A stretch of DNA of 32,000 bases, taken from Haloferax volcanii DS2 (GTDB taxonomy: Archaea > Halobacteriota > Halobacteria > Halobacteriales > Haloferacaceae). Positions within the stretch are counted from its first letter, which is position 1, and every line of letters begins with the position of its first letter. The translations under genes and the position numbers were made by a program. The DNA is taken from positions 90,001 through 122,000 of the forward strand of contig NC_013966.1 in the NCBI RefSeq assembly GCF_000025685.1. The letters run 5' to 3'. The notes under the pieces were generated by a model that saw only the letters and a program-made list of their open reading frames with translations, was not told the DNA's origin and made no database searches. This document shows, piece after piece, positions 1-9,945 of this stretch.

Positions 1-1582
1 GCGCGCGACCGTCGCCGTGTTCGCCGGAGACGCTCCCGCCGAGTTCGACCACGAAGTCGGTCACAGCGTCGGCAATCTCGACCATGTCCCGTCGGTCCGC
101 CGCGGCTTTCGTGTTCACGAGCGGGCGGACGTGCAAGACGCCCGGGCCGGCGTGCGCGTAAAACGCTGCGTCGACGTCGCGGTTCTTGGCTTCGAGCAGT
201 GTTTGGAAGCGTTCAACGAACTCGGGGAGGTGCTCCGGTGGAATCGCACAATCCTCGATGAAACTAATGTGTTTCACATCGGACGTCCGAGAGAGCAGGA
301 TGGGGAGACCGGCTTTCCGAAGCTTCCAGAACTGCTCTCTGTCAACCTCGCTGTGCGCTTCCACCCCGGCGAATGAGAACGTCTGTACGGTGTCTGGGTG
401 GTCCTTCGGTGGCTCTACGTCCCCTTCTCCCTCGGAAACGCGGTCAGCGAGGAGCCCCGAAGTCAGCGACCGTCCGTGACCGTCGTCGTCGGCATAAAAC
501 TCCACGAGTAGTCCCGCATGTGCGTCGTCCGGGACGAGCGCGGCAATCTCCTCGAAATCGGCGGTATCCCGCGCCAACCCGATAAGGACGTCGTCGATGA
601 GTTCGACGGCCGCGGGGTCGTGTTCGAGGACGTGCTGCACGTCGGTCACGGCGTCGAGCACGCTCTCGTAGAACAGCAGCGAGACCGCCTTCGTCTCGGG
701 GACCGGCTCTAAGGCGACCTTGGCTTCGGTGACGACCGCTAATGTCCCTTCGCTCCCCGCCATGAGCCGCGCGAGGTTGACTGTCCCCGTCTCGGCTTCT
801 TCCACGAGAACGTCGAGGTTGTACCCGGAGACGTTGCGTTTCAACTCGGGGAACCGCGCTCTGACCTCATCGGCTTCGTCGTCGACGATGCGAACGACTT
901 CGGCGTACACGCGTTGGAGAAGCGTGCCGTCGCTGTCGGCGCGCTCTCGGAGTTTATCGAGGTCCGTCTCGCCGAGCGTTGCGACCGTCCCGTCGGCCAA
1001 GACAACCTCACACTCCTCGACGTACGCGTCGGTCTTCCCATATTTGAGCGAGTGCGCGCCGGTTGAGTTGTTGCCGATGGCACCGCCGATGACGCTCCTG
1101 TCGCCGGCCGCGGGGTCGGGTGCGAACTTCAGTTCGTGTGGGGACAGCGCCTCGTTGAGTTCCGCGAGGACGACGCCGGATTGCACCTGAGCGTACCGTG
1201 CATCCGCATCGACCGACACGATGGTGTCCATGTACCGGGTGAAGTCGAGGACGACGGCCTCGTTGACCGCCTGTCCGGCCAGACTCGTTCCAGCACCCCG
1301 GGGGAGGACTGGGATTCCCCGTTCGGAGCAGTAAGAGACGACGGCAGCGGTATCCTCGGTCGATGTCGGGAATACGACGCCGATTGGCGTCTCTTCGTAC
1401 GCACTCGCGTCGGTTGCGTACAACTGCCGCGTGTACGTATCGAACCGAACGTCGCCGTCAACTCGCTCTCGAAGGTCGGAGACGAGCGCCGGCCGCTTGA
1501 CGTCGTTCGACGTGTGATCGTAGTTCGGTCGTTCGTCGGTGTGATCAGCAGACGTGCTGCGTTGGTCTAGACGGTTACTCAT
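1..1582 (-). CDS. FAD-binding oxidoreductase (FAD-linked oxidase, GlcD/D-lactate dehydrogenase-like); N-terminal ~527 codons, 3' end runs off the window
   Basis: Absent from the ORF track because it has no stop inside the window. Hand translation of the minus strand from ATG at 1582-1580 is open to the window edge: MSNRLDQRSTSADHTDERPNYDH...GVVFPTSTEDTAAVVSYCSERGIPVLPRGAGTSLAGQAVNEAVVLDF...GDRSVIGGAIGNNSTGAHSLKYG. The PRGAGTSL.GQ signature is typical of the FAD_binding_4 fold. The + strand ORFs listed over 17-1570 are Arg/Ser-rich shadow frames. Confidence 0.8.
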   Translation of the reverse strand, partial: MSNRLDQRSTSADHTDERPNYDHTSNDVKRPALVSDLRERVDGDVRFDTYTRQLYATDASAYEETPIGVVFPTSTEDTAAVVSYCSERGIPVLPRGAGTSLAGQAVNEAVVLDFTRYMDTIVSVDADARYAQVQSGVVLAELNEALSPHELKFAPDPAAGDRSVIGGAIGNNSTGAHSLKYGKTDAYVEECEVVLADGTVATLGETDLDKLRERADSDGTLLQRVYAEVVRIVDDEADEVRARFPELKRNVSGYNLDVLVEEAETGTVNLARLMAGSEGTLAVVTEAKVALEPVPETKAVSLLFYESVLDAVTDVQHVLEHDPAAVELIDDVLIGLARDTADFEEIAALVPDDAHAGLLVEFYADDDGHGRSLTSGLLADRVSEGEGDVEPPKDHPDTVQTFSFAGVEAHSEVDREQFWKLRKAGLPILLSRTSDVKHISFIEDCAIPPEHLPEFVERFQTLLEAKNRDVDAAFYAHAGPGVLHVRPLVNTKAAADRRDMVEIADAVTDFVVELGGSVSGEHGDGRA

Positions 1583-1754
1583 GGCCAATTGATTTGTCGA
1601 ATATCTCTGAGGAGTCGAACAATTCGCGGCAGTCCTCACATACCATCCGGTCTTGAATGGCGTACTCCCACAGTTTTCCGCCACAGTTCAAGCAGTCAAA
1701 GTGCGCTCTGACAAATGGATTTGCCTGTGCGTATGGATTCTCGAACTCCGCCAT
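1575..1754 (-). CDS. small zinc-ribbon protein (59 aa), translationally coupled to the FAD oxidase
   Basis: Hand translation: MAEFENPYAQANPFVRAHFDCLNCGGKLWEYAIQDRMVCEDCRELFDSSEIFDKSIGHE*. It has two CxxC pairs. At 59 aa it falls just under the apparent 60-aa track cutoff. Its last codons overlap the downstream start by 8 nt (ATGAGTAA at 1582-1575). Acidic composition fits a haloarchaeal protein. Confidence 0.55.
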   Translation of the reverse strand: MAEFENPYAQANPFVRAHFDCLNCGGKLWEYAIQDRMVCEDCRELFDSSEIFDKSIGHE

Positions 1755-1873
1755 ACACGTTGTCGTGGCGCCGAGTACATAAGCCTACCACCTGCAGTAA
1801 AACAACGTATGAAATATCTCTTAGCAGTAACAGCTGTCGTCCGTAGTGCTTGAACGCTCGCCGACAGCCGCGA

Positions 1874-2947
1874 TTACTGTGGTGCCGCCTCGGCGTAGAG
1901 GTTGAACGCCTCGAACACGGGACGGTCGGTCATCCCGAGGAGGATGGCCTCACCATCCGGATCATGGTGATGAATCTCGTCCGGTGCGACGACGAACACG
2001 TCCCACTGACTCCACTCCAGTGCCTCGTCACCGACATGTGTCGCGCCTTCACCCTCGATGACGAAGTATACCTCAGTCGTGTTGTGGAAGTGTGGGTCAG
2101 TCTCCTCTTGAAGCAACTGCGCGCGGAACGACATCGTTGGAAACAGCGGCGGCTTCCCCGACGCTGGGTTGACGTACGAGAGACTGTAGCCGTCGTGCGG
2201 GTCTGGGGTATCGTTGTCGGCGCGCTGACGGAGTGCTTCTAGGGTGTCGTCCCACCCGAACCGGTAGGGCGGCGTCGCCTCGCACTTCCCCTCAAATGGA
2301 CCAGGAATGCCGTCTCGCTTCGTCTCGCCGTAGTCACGGGCACGCCCGTACTGTGACTCCCAGTATCCCGGCGTCTTCGTGACCGGCTGACGGTCCAGTT
2401 CGTGATACTCGAAGGTATTTTTCGCGTTGAGCGAATCGAGCACGAGCGGGAGGTCGAGGACGTCGAGCCACGCTGCCGTCTCGTCGCCGTCGTTCACGTG
2501 GTCGTGCCACTCCCACTGCGGCGTCGTGATGAGGTCGTTGTCCTTCATCGGGAACTCCTCGCCCGCGACCACCGTCTTCATCTCCTCGTGCCCGTCGATC
2601 GTGAACCGAAGCGCGTTCGCCCCGTGTCGGTGCGAAGGCGCGGTTTCGCCCGGTGAGACCGTTTGAATCCCGACGTAGATAGTGTTCGAGATGGCGTTCG
2701 CCGTGTTGATTGGAACGGCGACGCGCCGCTGGAACCCCGGTGGGAGGTCGGCAATCGGAACGTCTTCCTCGATAGCGTCAATGGCAGTCTGAATATCCTC
2801 CCACTTCCAGATATCTGAGTCGGGGTCGTCTAAGACGTGGCCCATGTCATCTTCGACTTCCCACAGTGGACGTAGGTCGTGTTCTTCGAGGATACCTCGG
2901 GTACCGGAACTCAGCTCTAAGAGTTCCTCTGGCTCTTGTTGTGCCAT
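1874..2947 (-). CDS. gentisate 1,2-dioxygenase (bicupin ring-cleavage dioxygenase)
   Basis: 357-aa ORF with two cupin halves and a metal-binding His cluster (APSHRHGANALRFTIDGHE...WEWHDH). The N-terminal LRPLWEV region is typical of gentisate dioxygenases. Size matches haloarchaeal gdoA-type enzymes as I recall them. Confidence 0.8.
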   Translation of the reverse strand: MAQQEPEELLELSSGTRGILEEHDLRPLWEVEDDMGHVLDDPDSDIWKWEDIQTAIDAIEEDVPIADLPPGFQRRVAVPINTANAISNTIYVGIQTVSPGETAPSHRHGANALRFTIDGHEEMKTVVAGEEFPMKDNDLITTPQWEWHDHVNDGDETAAWLDVLDLPLVLDSLNAKNTFEYHELDRQPVTKTPGYWESQYGRARDYGETKRDGIPGPFEGKCEATPPYRFGWDDTLEALRQRADNDTPDPHDGYSLSYVNPASGKPPLFPTMSFRAQLLQEETDPHFHNTTEVYFVIEGEGATHVGDEALEWSQWDVFVVAPDEIHHHDPDGEAILLGMTDRPVFEAFNLYAEAAPQ

Positions 2948-3049
2948 ACCGAGTCTTTGGTACAGTTTTGCAATAAGTCTATGGGGGGTTTCTAATCGAT
3001 AGCCGAATGAGTCAAACGCTGGCTACGGAGCCCCGATAGAATCATTGCC
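2948..3049. promoter_or_regulatory. divergent intergenic region between the dioxygenase operon and the permease gene
   Basis: A 102-bp gap between divergently oriented starts, locally AT-richer (ttttgcaataagtctatgg). Promoters for both units must lie here. No specific operator was identified. Confidence 0.35.
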
Positions 3050-4483
3050 ATGGGTCTTGAGATCAGACCTACAATGTCGAGTGACTCACGTTGGCCTACC
3101 ATTGGCATCCCTAATATCCACCCTACATGGGTTTCACCTCTCTTTGGGATACTTGTGGCTGCAGCTATCTTTCGGTTCGTTCCACTCGCGCGAGATGCGA
3201 GTCTCATGCTCGCTATCACAGTGTTTTGCGTCGTGTTGTGGATCAAGTCACCGGTTGAGCCGTGGTTCACAGCACTCCTCGGCATCGGATTAATCGGAGT
3301 CGCATTCTCGCCTGGGTTAGCATTGACAGGGTTTCGTTCGCCGGCGACGTGGCTGGTCGCTGTTGGAATTCTCGTCGGAGAAGCTTCCCGTCAGAGTGGT
3401 CTGGCAAGGTTAGTAGAGACGCTTGCTCGCACCCGAATGCCGACCGCTGCCTCAACTGATGCCGTCGCTGCGTTTCGATACCTACTCGTCGCCTTCTGCC
3501 TCGCTAGTCTCGCGCTGGCCGTCTTGATACCTTCTGCGCTCGTTCGGGTTCTCATTCTTGGGCCGATACTGCTCTCACTCGGCGACCTCTTCACTGAACG
3601 GCGAGCGAAAATTGGGCTCTTTCTCGGCCCACTGTTCGCGACGTTTTACGGTTCATCAGGCGTTCTGACTGGGGCTCTCGCGAACATCATCGTAACCGGG
3701 CTCGTCGAATCTACCACTGGCCTATCTATCTCATGGACTGAATGGCTACTCTGGGCCGGTCCCGTGATGGGAATCGGTCGCGTTCTGGTGGTAATCACCG
3801 TCACCTATCTCCTCTATCACCCGCGCGACAAGGGTTCCCTCGCCGCTCACGAACGAACTGCGAACGTTGGTGTGACATCCCAGCAGTTGAGAATGCTCGC
3901 CTTCCTCCTCGTTGGTGTAGCCATCTGGATGACGGACTTCTTACACGGACTCCATCCGTTATTCGGCGCGCTCGTGGTTGCACTCTTGGCGTTCGCTCCA
4001 AAGATTGGTGTTGTCGATTCGGACGCCATCTCTGAGGCCGATTTCTCGATCCTGTTCTTTTTCGGCGCGATATTCGCAATCGCCGCGGGTCTCCAGCAGA
4101 CTGGGTTCACCGATCTGGCTGCCGAAGCGCTCCTCTCACAGTTGCCGAGCGATGCATCGCTCCCTATCGTTCTCGTATTCGTCGTCGTCGTCTCACAACT
4201 CCTCGCTCTGGTGATGGAGGGTCTTGCCGTCGCCAGTGTCCTCACACCAATTCTCACTTCATTTTCGAGTAGTATCGGAATCCCGTTGGTTCCAGTGGCG
4301 GTGATGGAGGCTGTGGCCCTCAATACCTACTTTTTCCCGTATCAATCGGCAGTTCTCGTGGCGATCCTCGGGATGGGAACTGTAGACAGTGTCGAATTGA
4401 CCCGCATCTCGAGTGCTATCGCTGCTGTGTCACTGCTATTTCTCGTTCCAGTACAAATCGGGGTGTTCGTGGTTTTCTTCTGA
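3050..4483 (+). CDS. multi-pass anion/organic-acid permease (ArsB/NhaD-DASS-like superfamily)
   Basis: 477-aa, very hydrophobic ORF with roughly 12 predicted TM segments and an internal two-lobe layout. Family assignment is from overall look only. Substrate unknown. Confidence 0.55.
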   Translation: MGLEIRPTMSSDSRWPTIGIPNIHPTWVSPLFGILVAAAIFRFVPLARDASLMLAITVFCVVLWIKSPVEPWFTALLGIGLIGVAFSPGLALTGFRSPATWLVAVGILVGEASRQSGLARLVETLARTRMPTAASTDAVAAFRYLLVAFCLASLALAVLIPSALVRVLILGPILLSLGDLFTERRAKIGLFLGPLFATFYGSSGVLTGALANIIVTGLVESTTGLSISWTEWLLWAGPVMGIGRVLVVITVTYLLYHPRDKGSLAAHERTANVGVTSQQLRMLAFLLVGVAIWMTDFLHGLHPLFGALVVALLAFAPKIGVVDSDAISEADFSILFFFGAIFAIAAGLQQTGFTDLAAEALLSQLPSDASLPIVLVFVVVVSQLLALVMEGLAVASVLTPILTSFSSSIGIPLVPVAVMEAVALNTYFFPYQSAVLVAILGMGTVDSVELTRISSAIAAVSLLFLVPVQIGVFVVFF

Positions 4484-4974
4484 CGTGCTCTGGTTCTCTT
4501 CGGCGTGAGTGACCGTTTGTACGTGCCCCAAGAATAGGTGTTGTTGATTATTAAAATTCAGAAATACCGAAGCGGATGTAGGCGAAGTGAAGTTCCGCGC
4601 ACCGTCAGAGTTCACAGTACAGGTCCGACGAAAACGATGGTGATAGTCGATTTGTCCATCGGTTAGAACGCACCGAAGATTGGCTGAACACGCAATATAC
4701 GTTCCACTCATAGTGACCCGACCTCTCCCCTGTCTACCACTTTCGAATTTATCGAAGCCACTGACTGACATAGCGTGTCGCTGTGTGAGTGAAATGCCTC
4801 TCTCCGTCAGATTTGCCCACACGACGGTAACTAATGATAATACGTACTGTTCCATGATTGATCCGGTTATTTCGAATCTACTCAGAACCGGACTCACTTG
4901 GTATTCTCCCCTCGAATCTAAGGAACGCAAAGAATGCGATGTCGGGGTTACGAATTACGAGAGAAACGTCTGGA

Positions 4975-6120
4975 TTAGAAGTTCTCGTAGATTATGTCAC
5001 GCTGTATCTCGCTCACGCCCTCGTAGATGAGCGGCATCCGAACGTCACGATAAACACGTCCGATTCGACTCTCGTCGAAGAGTCCGTGACCCCCGTGTAG
5101 TCGGATGGCTGTCTCGGCGCACTCCGCCGCAGTTTCGGTCGCGTGTAGTTTCGCCATCGAAGACCACTTCGCCGCGTCTTCGCCCGATTCCATCCGTTCG
5201 ACGGTGTGCCAGAGTAACGTTCGAGCACTCTCGAACTTCGTCCGCATCTGGGCGAGGTCGTGTCTGACGGACTGAAAGTCCGAGACGGGCCCGCCGAACT
5301 CTTCCCTCTCGTGTACGAACTCCCAAGCCTCTTCGATGGCCGCCGCCGCTAGTCCGATTCCCTGCGCGGCAACGCGTGTTCGGCCGTGGTTGAAGAATTC
5401 GGCAACCATCCGGAACCCGTTCCCTCGTTCTCCGACGAGGTTCTCGTGGGGGACCCGACAGTCGGTAAACGTTATGTGTGACTGTTTCGAGGCGTGCATC
5501 CCGATTTTCTCTGGGACGTGTTCGGCGTCGTATCCGTCGCTATCAGTCGGGACGATTACCATCGAGTGGTTGTCGTGAGGTTTGTCACTCTCTTCCGTGC
5601 GAACGTATACGAGAATCCAATCCGCTTCGACGCCGTTCCCGATCCAGTATTTCTCGCCGTTTAATACCCATTCGTCCCCGTCCCTGACCGCTGTCGTCTC
5701 CATCCCCGCCAGATCGCTTCCCGTCTCGGGTTCAGAGATAGCCATCCCGGTGATTGCATCCCCCTCGGCGACCGAACGAAGGTATGTTTCTTTTTGATGA
5801 GGCGTCCCGAACTGTTCGAGAATCCCGGTACCGAAGCTCTGACCCATAAGCGCAAGTCCGATTCCCGCATCGGCGCGGAAGAACTCCTCCGCGGCGGCAA
5901 CGGCCTCGCTTAAGGAACGACCGGCACCCCCATACTCGGTCGAGATTTCCTGTGCGACCAGTTCCTCTTCGCGCGCGGCTTCGACGATATCTATCGGGTA
6001 CTCCCCCGACTCGAAGTACGCCCCTGCGACCGGTTCAATGTTCTCTCGCGCGAAAGTCCGCGCTCGTCGCTTTACCGTTTTAGCGTTTGCTGGTACCATG
6101 GCCTCGTCTAACAGGTCCAT
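4975..6120 (-). CDS. acyl-CoA dehydrogenase
   Basis: 381 aa with a classic ACAD layout: ...TGMAISEPETGSDLAGMETTAVRDGDEWVLNGEKYWIGNG... and C-terminal ...IYEGVSEIQRDII. Confidence 0.9.
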   Translation of the reverse strand: MDLLDEAMVPANAKTVKRRARTFARENIEPVAGAYFESGEYPIDIVEAAREEELVAQEISTEYGGAGRSLSEAVAAAEEFFRADAGIGLALMGQSFGTGILEQFGTPHQKETYLRSVAEGDAITGMAISEPETGSDLAGMETTAVRDGDEWVLNGEKYWIGNGVEADWILVYVRTEESDKPHDNHSMVIVPTDSDGYDAEHVPEKIGMHASKQSHITFTDCRVPHENLVGERGNGFRMVAEFFNHGRTRVAAQGIGLAAAAIEEAWEFVHEREEFGGPVSDFQSVRHDLAQMRTKFESARTLLWHTVERMESGEDAAKWSSMAKLHATETAAECAETAIRLHGGHGLFDESRIGRVYRDVRMPLIYEGVSEIQRDIIYENF

Positions 6121-6256
6121 ATTGGGCTTTCGATTCGATAATATATAACTTTTTACACTATAGAACTTTGTCTTCGCACAGGTAGCACTCGACGGATTCT
6201 GTCACGTCCAACATATCCGAACGGTTTTATCACCACACTACGATTAGTCATCTACG
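6121..6256. promoter_or_regulatory. AT-rich divergent promoter/operator region (acyl-CoA dehydrogenase <-> IclR)
   Basis: A 136-bp gap between divergent starts with strongly AT-rich TATA-like stretches (cgataatatataactttttacactatagaacttt). This is the usual place for IclR autoregulation and operator sites. Confidence 0.4.
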
Positions 6257-7018
6257 ATGTCTGGTGACACACCACCGATGAAGTCCGTCTTGCGAGCGTT
6301 CGAGGTAATCCGGACGCTCTGGGAAGTTCGGAGCGCGGGGCCGTCCGAGGTGGCGGCCCACCTTGGGCTTTCGAAGAGCACCGCACACGTGTATCTTCGG
6401 TCGTTACAGGAGACTGGATACGTCGTCAACGAGGACGGTACGTACCGCCTTAGTTACCAGTTCCTCACGATGGGGTCTCGTCTGAAGTACCGAAGCCGAA
6501 TCTTTCAGGTCTCGAAAGGGGAGATGCGGTCGCTGGCAGACGCGACTGACGAACTGGTCACTCTGTTCGCCGAGGAGTGCGCTGAGACTGTGTTACTTCA
6601 CCAAGAGCAGGGAGACCAGGCACTCGAACTGGGTACCTACCCCGGGATGAAACTCCCAATCTACTCGCATGCGGCCGGGAAGGTTTTCCTGGCGTTCCTC
6701 AGCGAGTCTCGCACGCGAGAAATCCGTGAAAACCTCTTGCTCGAACAACAAACAGAAGCGACGATTACCGACCCCGTGACGCTGCAGACGGAAGTCGACC
6801 GAGTCCGAGAAGATGGGTTCGCCTTTGACTGGGACCAACAGGTTCAGGGGATGGGCGCCATAGCCGTTCCAGTAGTCGTGGCTGATACACTCTGTGCCGT
6901 CTTGGCAATCGCCTGCCCGACGGGTCGGCTTCAGGACGAGGCCTACAGAACCGAGTTACTCCAGAAACTGCGAGAGACAGTCGACAGCATCGCAATAAAG
7001 TACCAGTACGGAACCTGA
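6257..7018 (+). CDS. IclR-family transcriptional regulator
   Basis: 253 aa. N-terminal winged HTH (LRAFEVIRTLWEVRSAGPSEVAAHLGLSKSTAHVYLRSLQETGYV) followed by an IclR effector domain. Confidence 0.9.
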   Translation: MSGDTPPMKSVLRAFEVIRTLWEVRSAGPSEVAAHLGLSKSTAHVYLRSLQETGYVVNEDGTYRLSYQFLTMGSRLKYRSRIFQVSKGEMRSLADATDELVTLFAEECAETVLLHQEQGDQALELGTYPGMKLPIYSHAAGKVFLAFLSESRTREIRENLLLEQQTEATITDPVTLQTEVDRVREDGFAFDWDQQVQGMGAIAVPVVVADTLCAVLAIACPTGRLQDEAYRTELLQKLRETVDSIAIKYQYGT

Positions 7019-7347
7019 ATTTGCTCCACTGCGTGTGATATCGCACAATCGCCTCCACGAAGCCGACAGGACGGTGCGTCTGATATATCGAGACGGGGAT
7101 TCGGAGAGTGAACCCCCGATAACTGGTTCCTTCCCCGGAATCCGAATTTCATGGACTACCGTTCGATAGATACCGCAATTGAGTCGCACCTTCTATTACA
7201 GACGTATGCTTGTAATCTATGCGGCTGATGGCCCACGAAACAGGCATACACACGCTCAGATATCGCTGCGTCTAATAATAGTAGACGACATTCGAGAAGC
7301 AATAGAGGATTGAACTGAGCAAGCCTCCCAGTCCGAACGCGTGTTCA

Positions 7348-8913
7348 ATGAGCGATGCGGCCGCGCCCTCACCACGGCGTTACGTGGTTCAGCACAAACG
7401 TTGGATTAATCAGTATATTTATCACCCCTCAATTCATGGGTGTGAATTGCTATCATACATGTTCAACCAAGACGCTTGGACCAGTGACCACGAGACGTGG
7501 GAAGAGCCCGAAGAGGAAAGCAAAGCAATCGGCGACGTACTGCTATCGGAACTCGGAACACTCCCGCTGCTCCGGTTCGTAACGCTGTTCGCGTTCGGGG
7601 TCGCGTTCTTCGTGTTTCCCGTACCGCAGGGAAGTACGTTGACGGTTCCGTTCGATATCGTAGTTGGGGGCATTGAGCGACAGTTTGCTGGTGCCGTCTT
7701 GTGGCTGTCGTGGCTGATGGTCGTTGTCGCCGCGGTGTTAACTACGCTTGCGGAGTTACACTCCCGTGAGGTCATTCAGGTCGACGACCAGTCCGCTGAA
7801 CTGCTCCACCTCGATATCTGGACGACGTCAAGTGCGTTCTGGGTACTTCGAATCGCCGGCGCCTTCATGGCGAGCGGGTTTCTCTTCGGAATCGGGCCGG
7901 CGTGGTTTCTTGCGCCAGAGATCTCCAACGTCGTCTGGGGAACGCTCGTACTCAGCATCGTCATAATCATCCCGCTTGGCTCTATCTTCGTGAACCTACT
8001 CGTCGACTGCGGGGCGCTTGAGTTCGTCGGGACGCTCGCACGACCCGTGATGAAGCCGCTCTTTGGCTTACCCGGACGGGCCGCACTTGACGGTGCGGCC
8101 TCGTGGGCGGGGTCGTTCGCAATCGGATTTTACGTCACGCGAAAGCTGTTCGATAGAGGCGGATACAACAAGCGTGAGGTGTTCATCATCTGTTCGTGTT
8201 TCGGTACTGGAAGCATTGGCACCATCGGGGTGTTCGCGTCCGCGTTCGAGATGCTGGAGATATTCCCGGTCGTCCTCTTTGCCTACCTCCTTGCAATCGT
8301 CGCCGTCGGTGTCATCTCCATTCGACTGCCACCACTTTCACATATTCCGGAGGAGTACGTGGCTGAGCCGACCGTTGAGCCGAACCTTCACGGGTCGCTA
8401 GGTGACTTCCTTCGGCTGGCAGTTCGGGAAGCAGTCGCCGAATCCGAGGGGATGTCAACGCCTCGTTCGGCATGGAAGGGGTTTATCGACGGGTTACAGC
8501 TCACCGCAACTATCGTCGGAACCGTGGTCTCGGTCGGGACCACCGTGCTTCTCCTCTACCACAACACGTCCGTCTTCCAGACGGTCTCGACGCCGCTGGA
8601 ACCGGTCATCGTGCTGTTCGGTATCCCGAACGCCGAGACCGTCGCGTCAGCGCTCGTAATTGGGTTCGCAGACATGTACGTCGCCGCGTTGACGGCAGTC
8701 ACACTCCAACCGGCCGCTCAGTTCTTCGTTCTCCTCGTCGTGAGTGGACAGATTCTCTTCCTCTCCGCGTCCGGACCGATGATGATGGATATGTTTGAGG
8801 ACGTCCCGGTGCGGTTTCGAGACATCGTCGCAATCTTCTCTGTGCGCACGCTTGTCTTGATTCCCGTGTGTGCGTTTCTTACTCATTCCGTCGCCTTCCT
8901 GGGATTACTCTAA
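7348..8913 (+). CDS. polytopic membrane protein, possible transporter (nucleoside-recognition/Gate, YjiH-like)
   Basis: 521-aa hydrophobic ORF. The true start is more likely the ATG at 7459 (MFNQDAW...), because 7380-7458 is low-GC and TATA-like. Functional family is a weak guess. Confidence 0.6.
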   Translation: MSDAAAPSPRRYVVQHKRWINQYIYHPSIHGCELLSYMFNQDAWTSDHETWEEPEEESKAIGDVLLSELGTLPLLRFVTLFAFGVAFFVFPVPQGSTLTVPFDIVVGGIERQFAGAVLWLSWLMVVVAAVLTTLAELHSREVIQVDDQSAELLHLDIWTTSSAFWVLRIAGAFMASGFLFGIGPAWFLAPEISNVVWGTLVLSIVIIIPLGSIFVNLLVDCGALEFVGTLARPVMKPLFGLPGRAALDGAASWAGSFAIGFYVTRKLFDRGGYNKREVFIICSCFGTGSIGTIGVFASAFEMLEIFPVVLFAYLLAIVAVGVISIRLPPLSHIPEEYVAEPTVEPNLHGSLGDFLRLAVREAVAESEGMSTPRSAWKGFIDGLQLTATIVGTVVSVGTTVLLLYHNTSVFQTVSTPLEPVIVLFGIPNAETVASALVIGFADMYVAALTAVTLQPAAQFFVLLVVSGQILFLSASGPMMMDMFEDVPVRFRDIVAIFSVRTLVLIPVCAFLTHSVAFLGLL

Positions 8914-8966
8914 TTAGTCGGTCATCTCAATAGGTACTTTTTTATTATCCTGCGCTAACTTCCCTA

Positions 8967-9812
8967 GTGATGTCAACAGTTATCGATACGCACGTGCATC
9001 CGGCAAACGAATTGTTCTTCGAACAGGGTGGCGAATCCCTCGAACACGCCTTGGACTACTTCGGCAAGGACCTTTCACCGGAGCCAATCGAGACGACAAT
9101 CGAAAAGTACCGTGAGTGGGACATCGACAAGGCTGTCCTGTTCGCCCTCGACAGTCGGTCAAACACTGGGACCCCTCCAATCCCGAACGACTGGGTCGCG
9201 GACGTACGCGACGAACACGACCTGTTCATGGGGTATGCGAGCGTCGACCCACACATGGGTCGGGCCGCGAGAGAGGAGGCTGTCCGCGCCCTGGAGGATC
9301 TCGACCTCGACGGGTTCAAGTTCCAACAGGCGGTCCAGGGGTTCACGCCGAGCGACCGTCGATTCGACGACCTCTGGGACACCCTCGAAGACCTCGGGAA
9401 ACCGGTCCTGTTTCACGGAGGGCACACGGGAATCGGTGCGGGGAGTCCGGGTGGCGACGGGCTCATGCTCAAACACACTCGTCCGATCCACATTGACGAG
9501 GTGGCTGCCCGTCACCCTGACCTGACTATCATCATCGCCCACCCGGCGTGGCCCTTCCACCAAGAACAACTCTCCGTCGTCACGCACAAGAGTAACGTCT
9601 ACATGGACCTCTCGGGGTGGCTACCGAAGTACATCCCCGACGAGGTCATCCACTACGCCAAGTCCCGAATCTCAGACAAGGTCCTGTTCGGATCCGACTA
9701 TCCGATGGTGGCACCAGACGATTGGCTCGATGACTTCGAGAATCTCGACTTCGACGAGAAGACGAGAGAGATGATCCTCCACGAGAACGCCGAACGCGTG
9801 TTCAACTTGTAA
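8967..9812 (+). CDS. amidohydrolase_2 family metal-dependent hydrolase/decarboxylase
   Basis: N-terminal IDTHVH motif, then ...LFHGGH..., ...IIAHPAWP... and ...FGSDYP. This is the TIM-barrel amidohydrolase-2 pattern (ACMSD/LigI/LigW-type). The start is GTG at 8967 or ATG at 8970. Confidence 0.8.
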   Translation: MMSTVIDTHVHPANELFFEQGGESLEHALDYFGKDLSPEPIETTIEKYREWDIDKAVLFALDSRSNTGTPPIPNDWVADVRDEHDLFMGYASVDPHMGRAAREEAVRALEDLDLDGFKFQQAVQGFTPSDRRFDDLWDTLEDLGKPVLFHGGHTGIGAGSPGGDGLMLKHTRPIHIDEVAARHPDLTIIIAHPAWPFHQEQLSVVTHKSNVYMDLSGWLPKYIPDEVIHYAKSRISDKVLFGSDYPMVAPDDWLDDFENLDFDEKTREMILHENAERVFNL

Positions 9813-9945
9813 GCAGACCCCGGTAGACAAGACGCTTTCCTCGCCGCGCGCTCGGTGGCTTGCCCCTGCAACGCGCGAGTCCCTGCTGCCGATTACATTC
9901 TGCGCAGCCCCGTAGGCTTAGATAGGATGAGTCTGTATTGGGGGT

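Noticed and set aside
17-1570. Several + strand ORFs (17-376, 186-479, 720-1190, 1136-1570 and others)
   Set aside because: Arg/Ser/Pro-rich, low-complexity translations. They lie antisense to an uninterrupted, clearly FAD-oxidase-like minus-strand frame, so they are shadow ORFs typical of high-GC DNA.
4436-4930. 164-aa minus-strand ORF in the low-GC spacer
   Set aside because: Basic, Cys/His/Arg-rich composition atypical for a haloarchaeal protein. It overlaps the 3' end of the permease gene. Kept only as part of the spacer observation.
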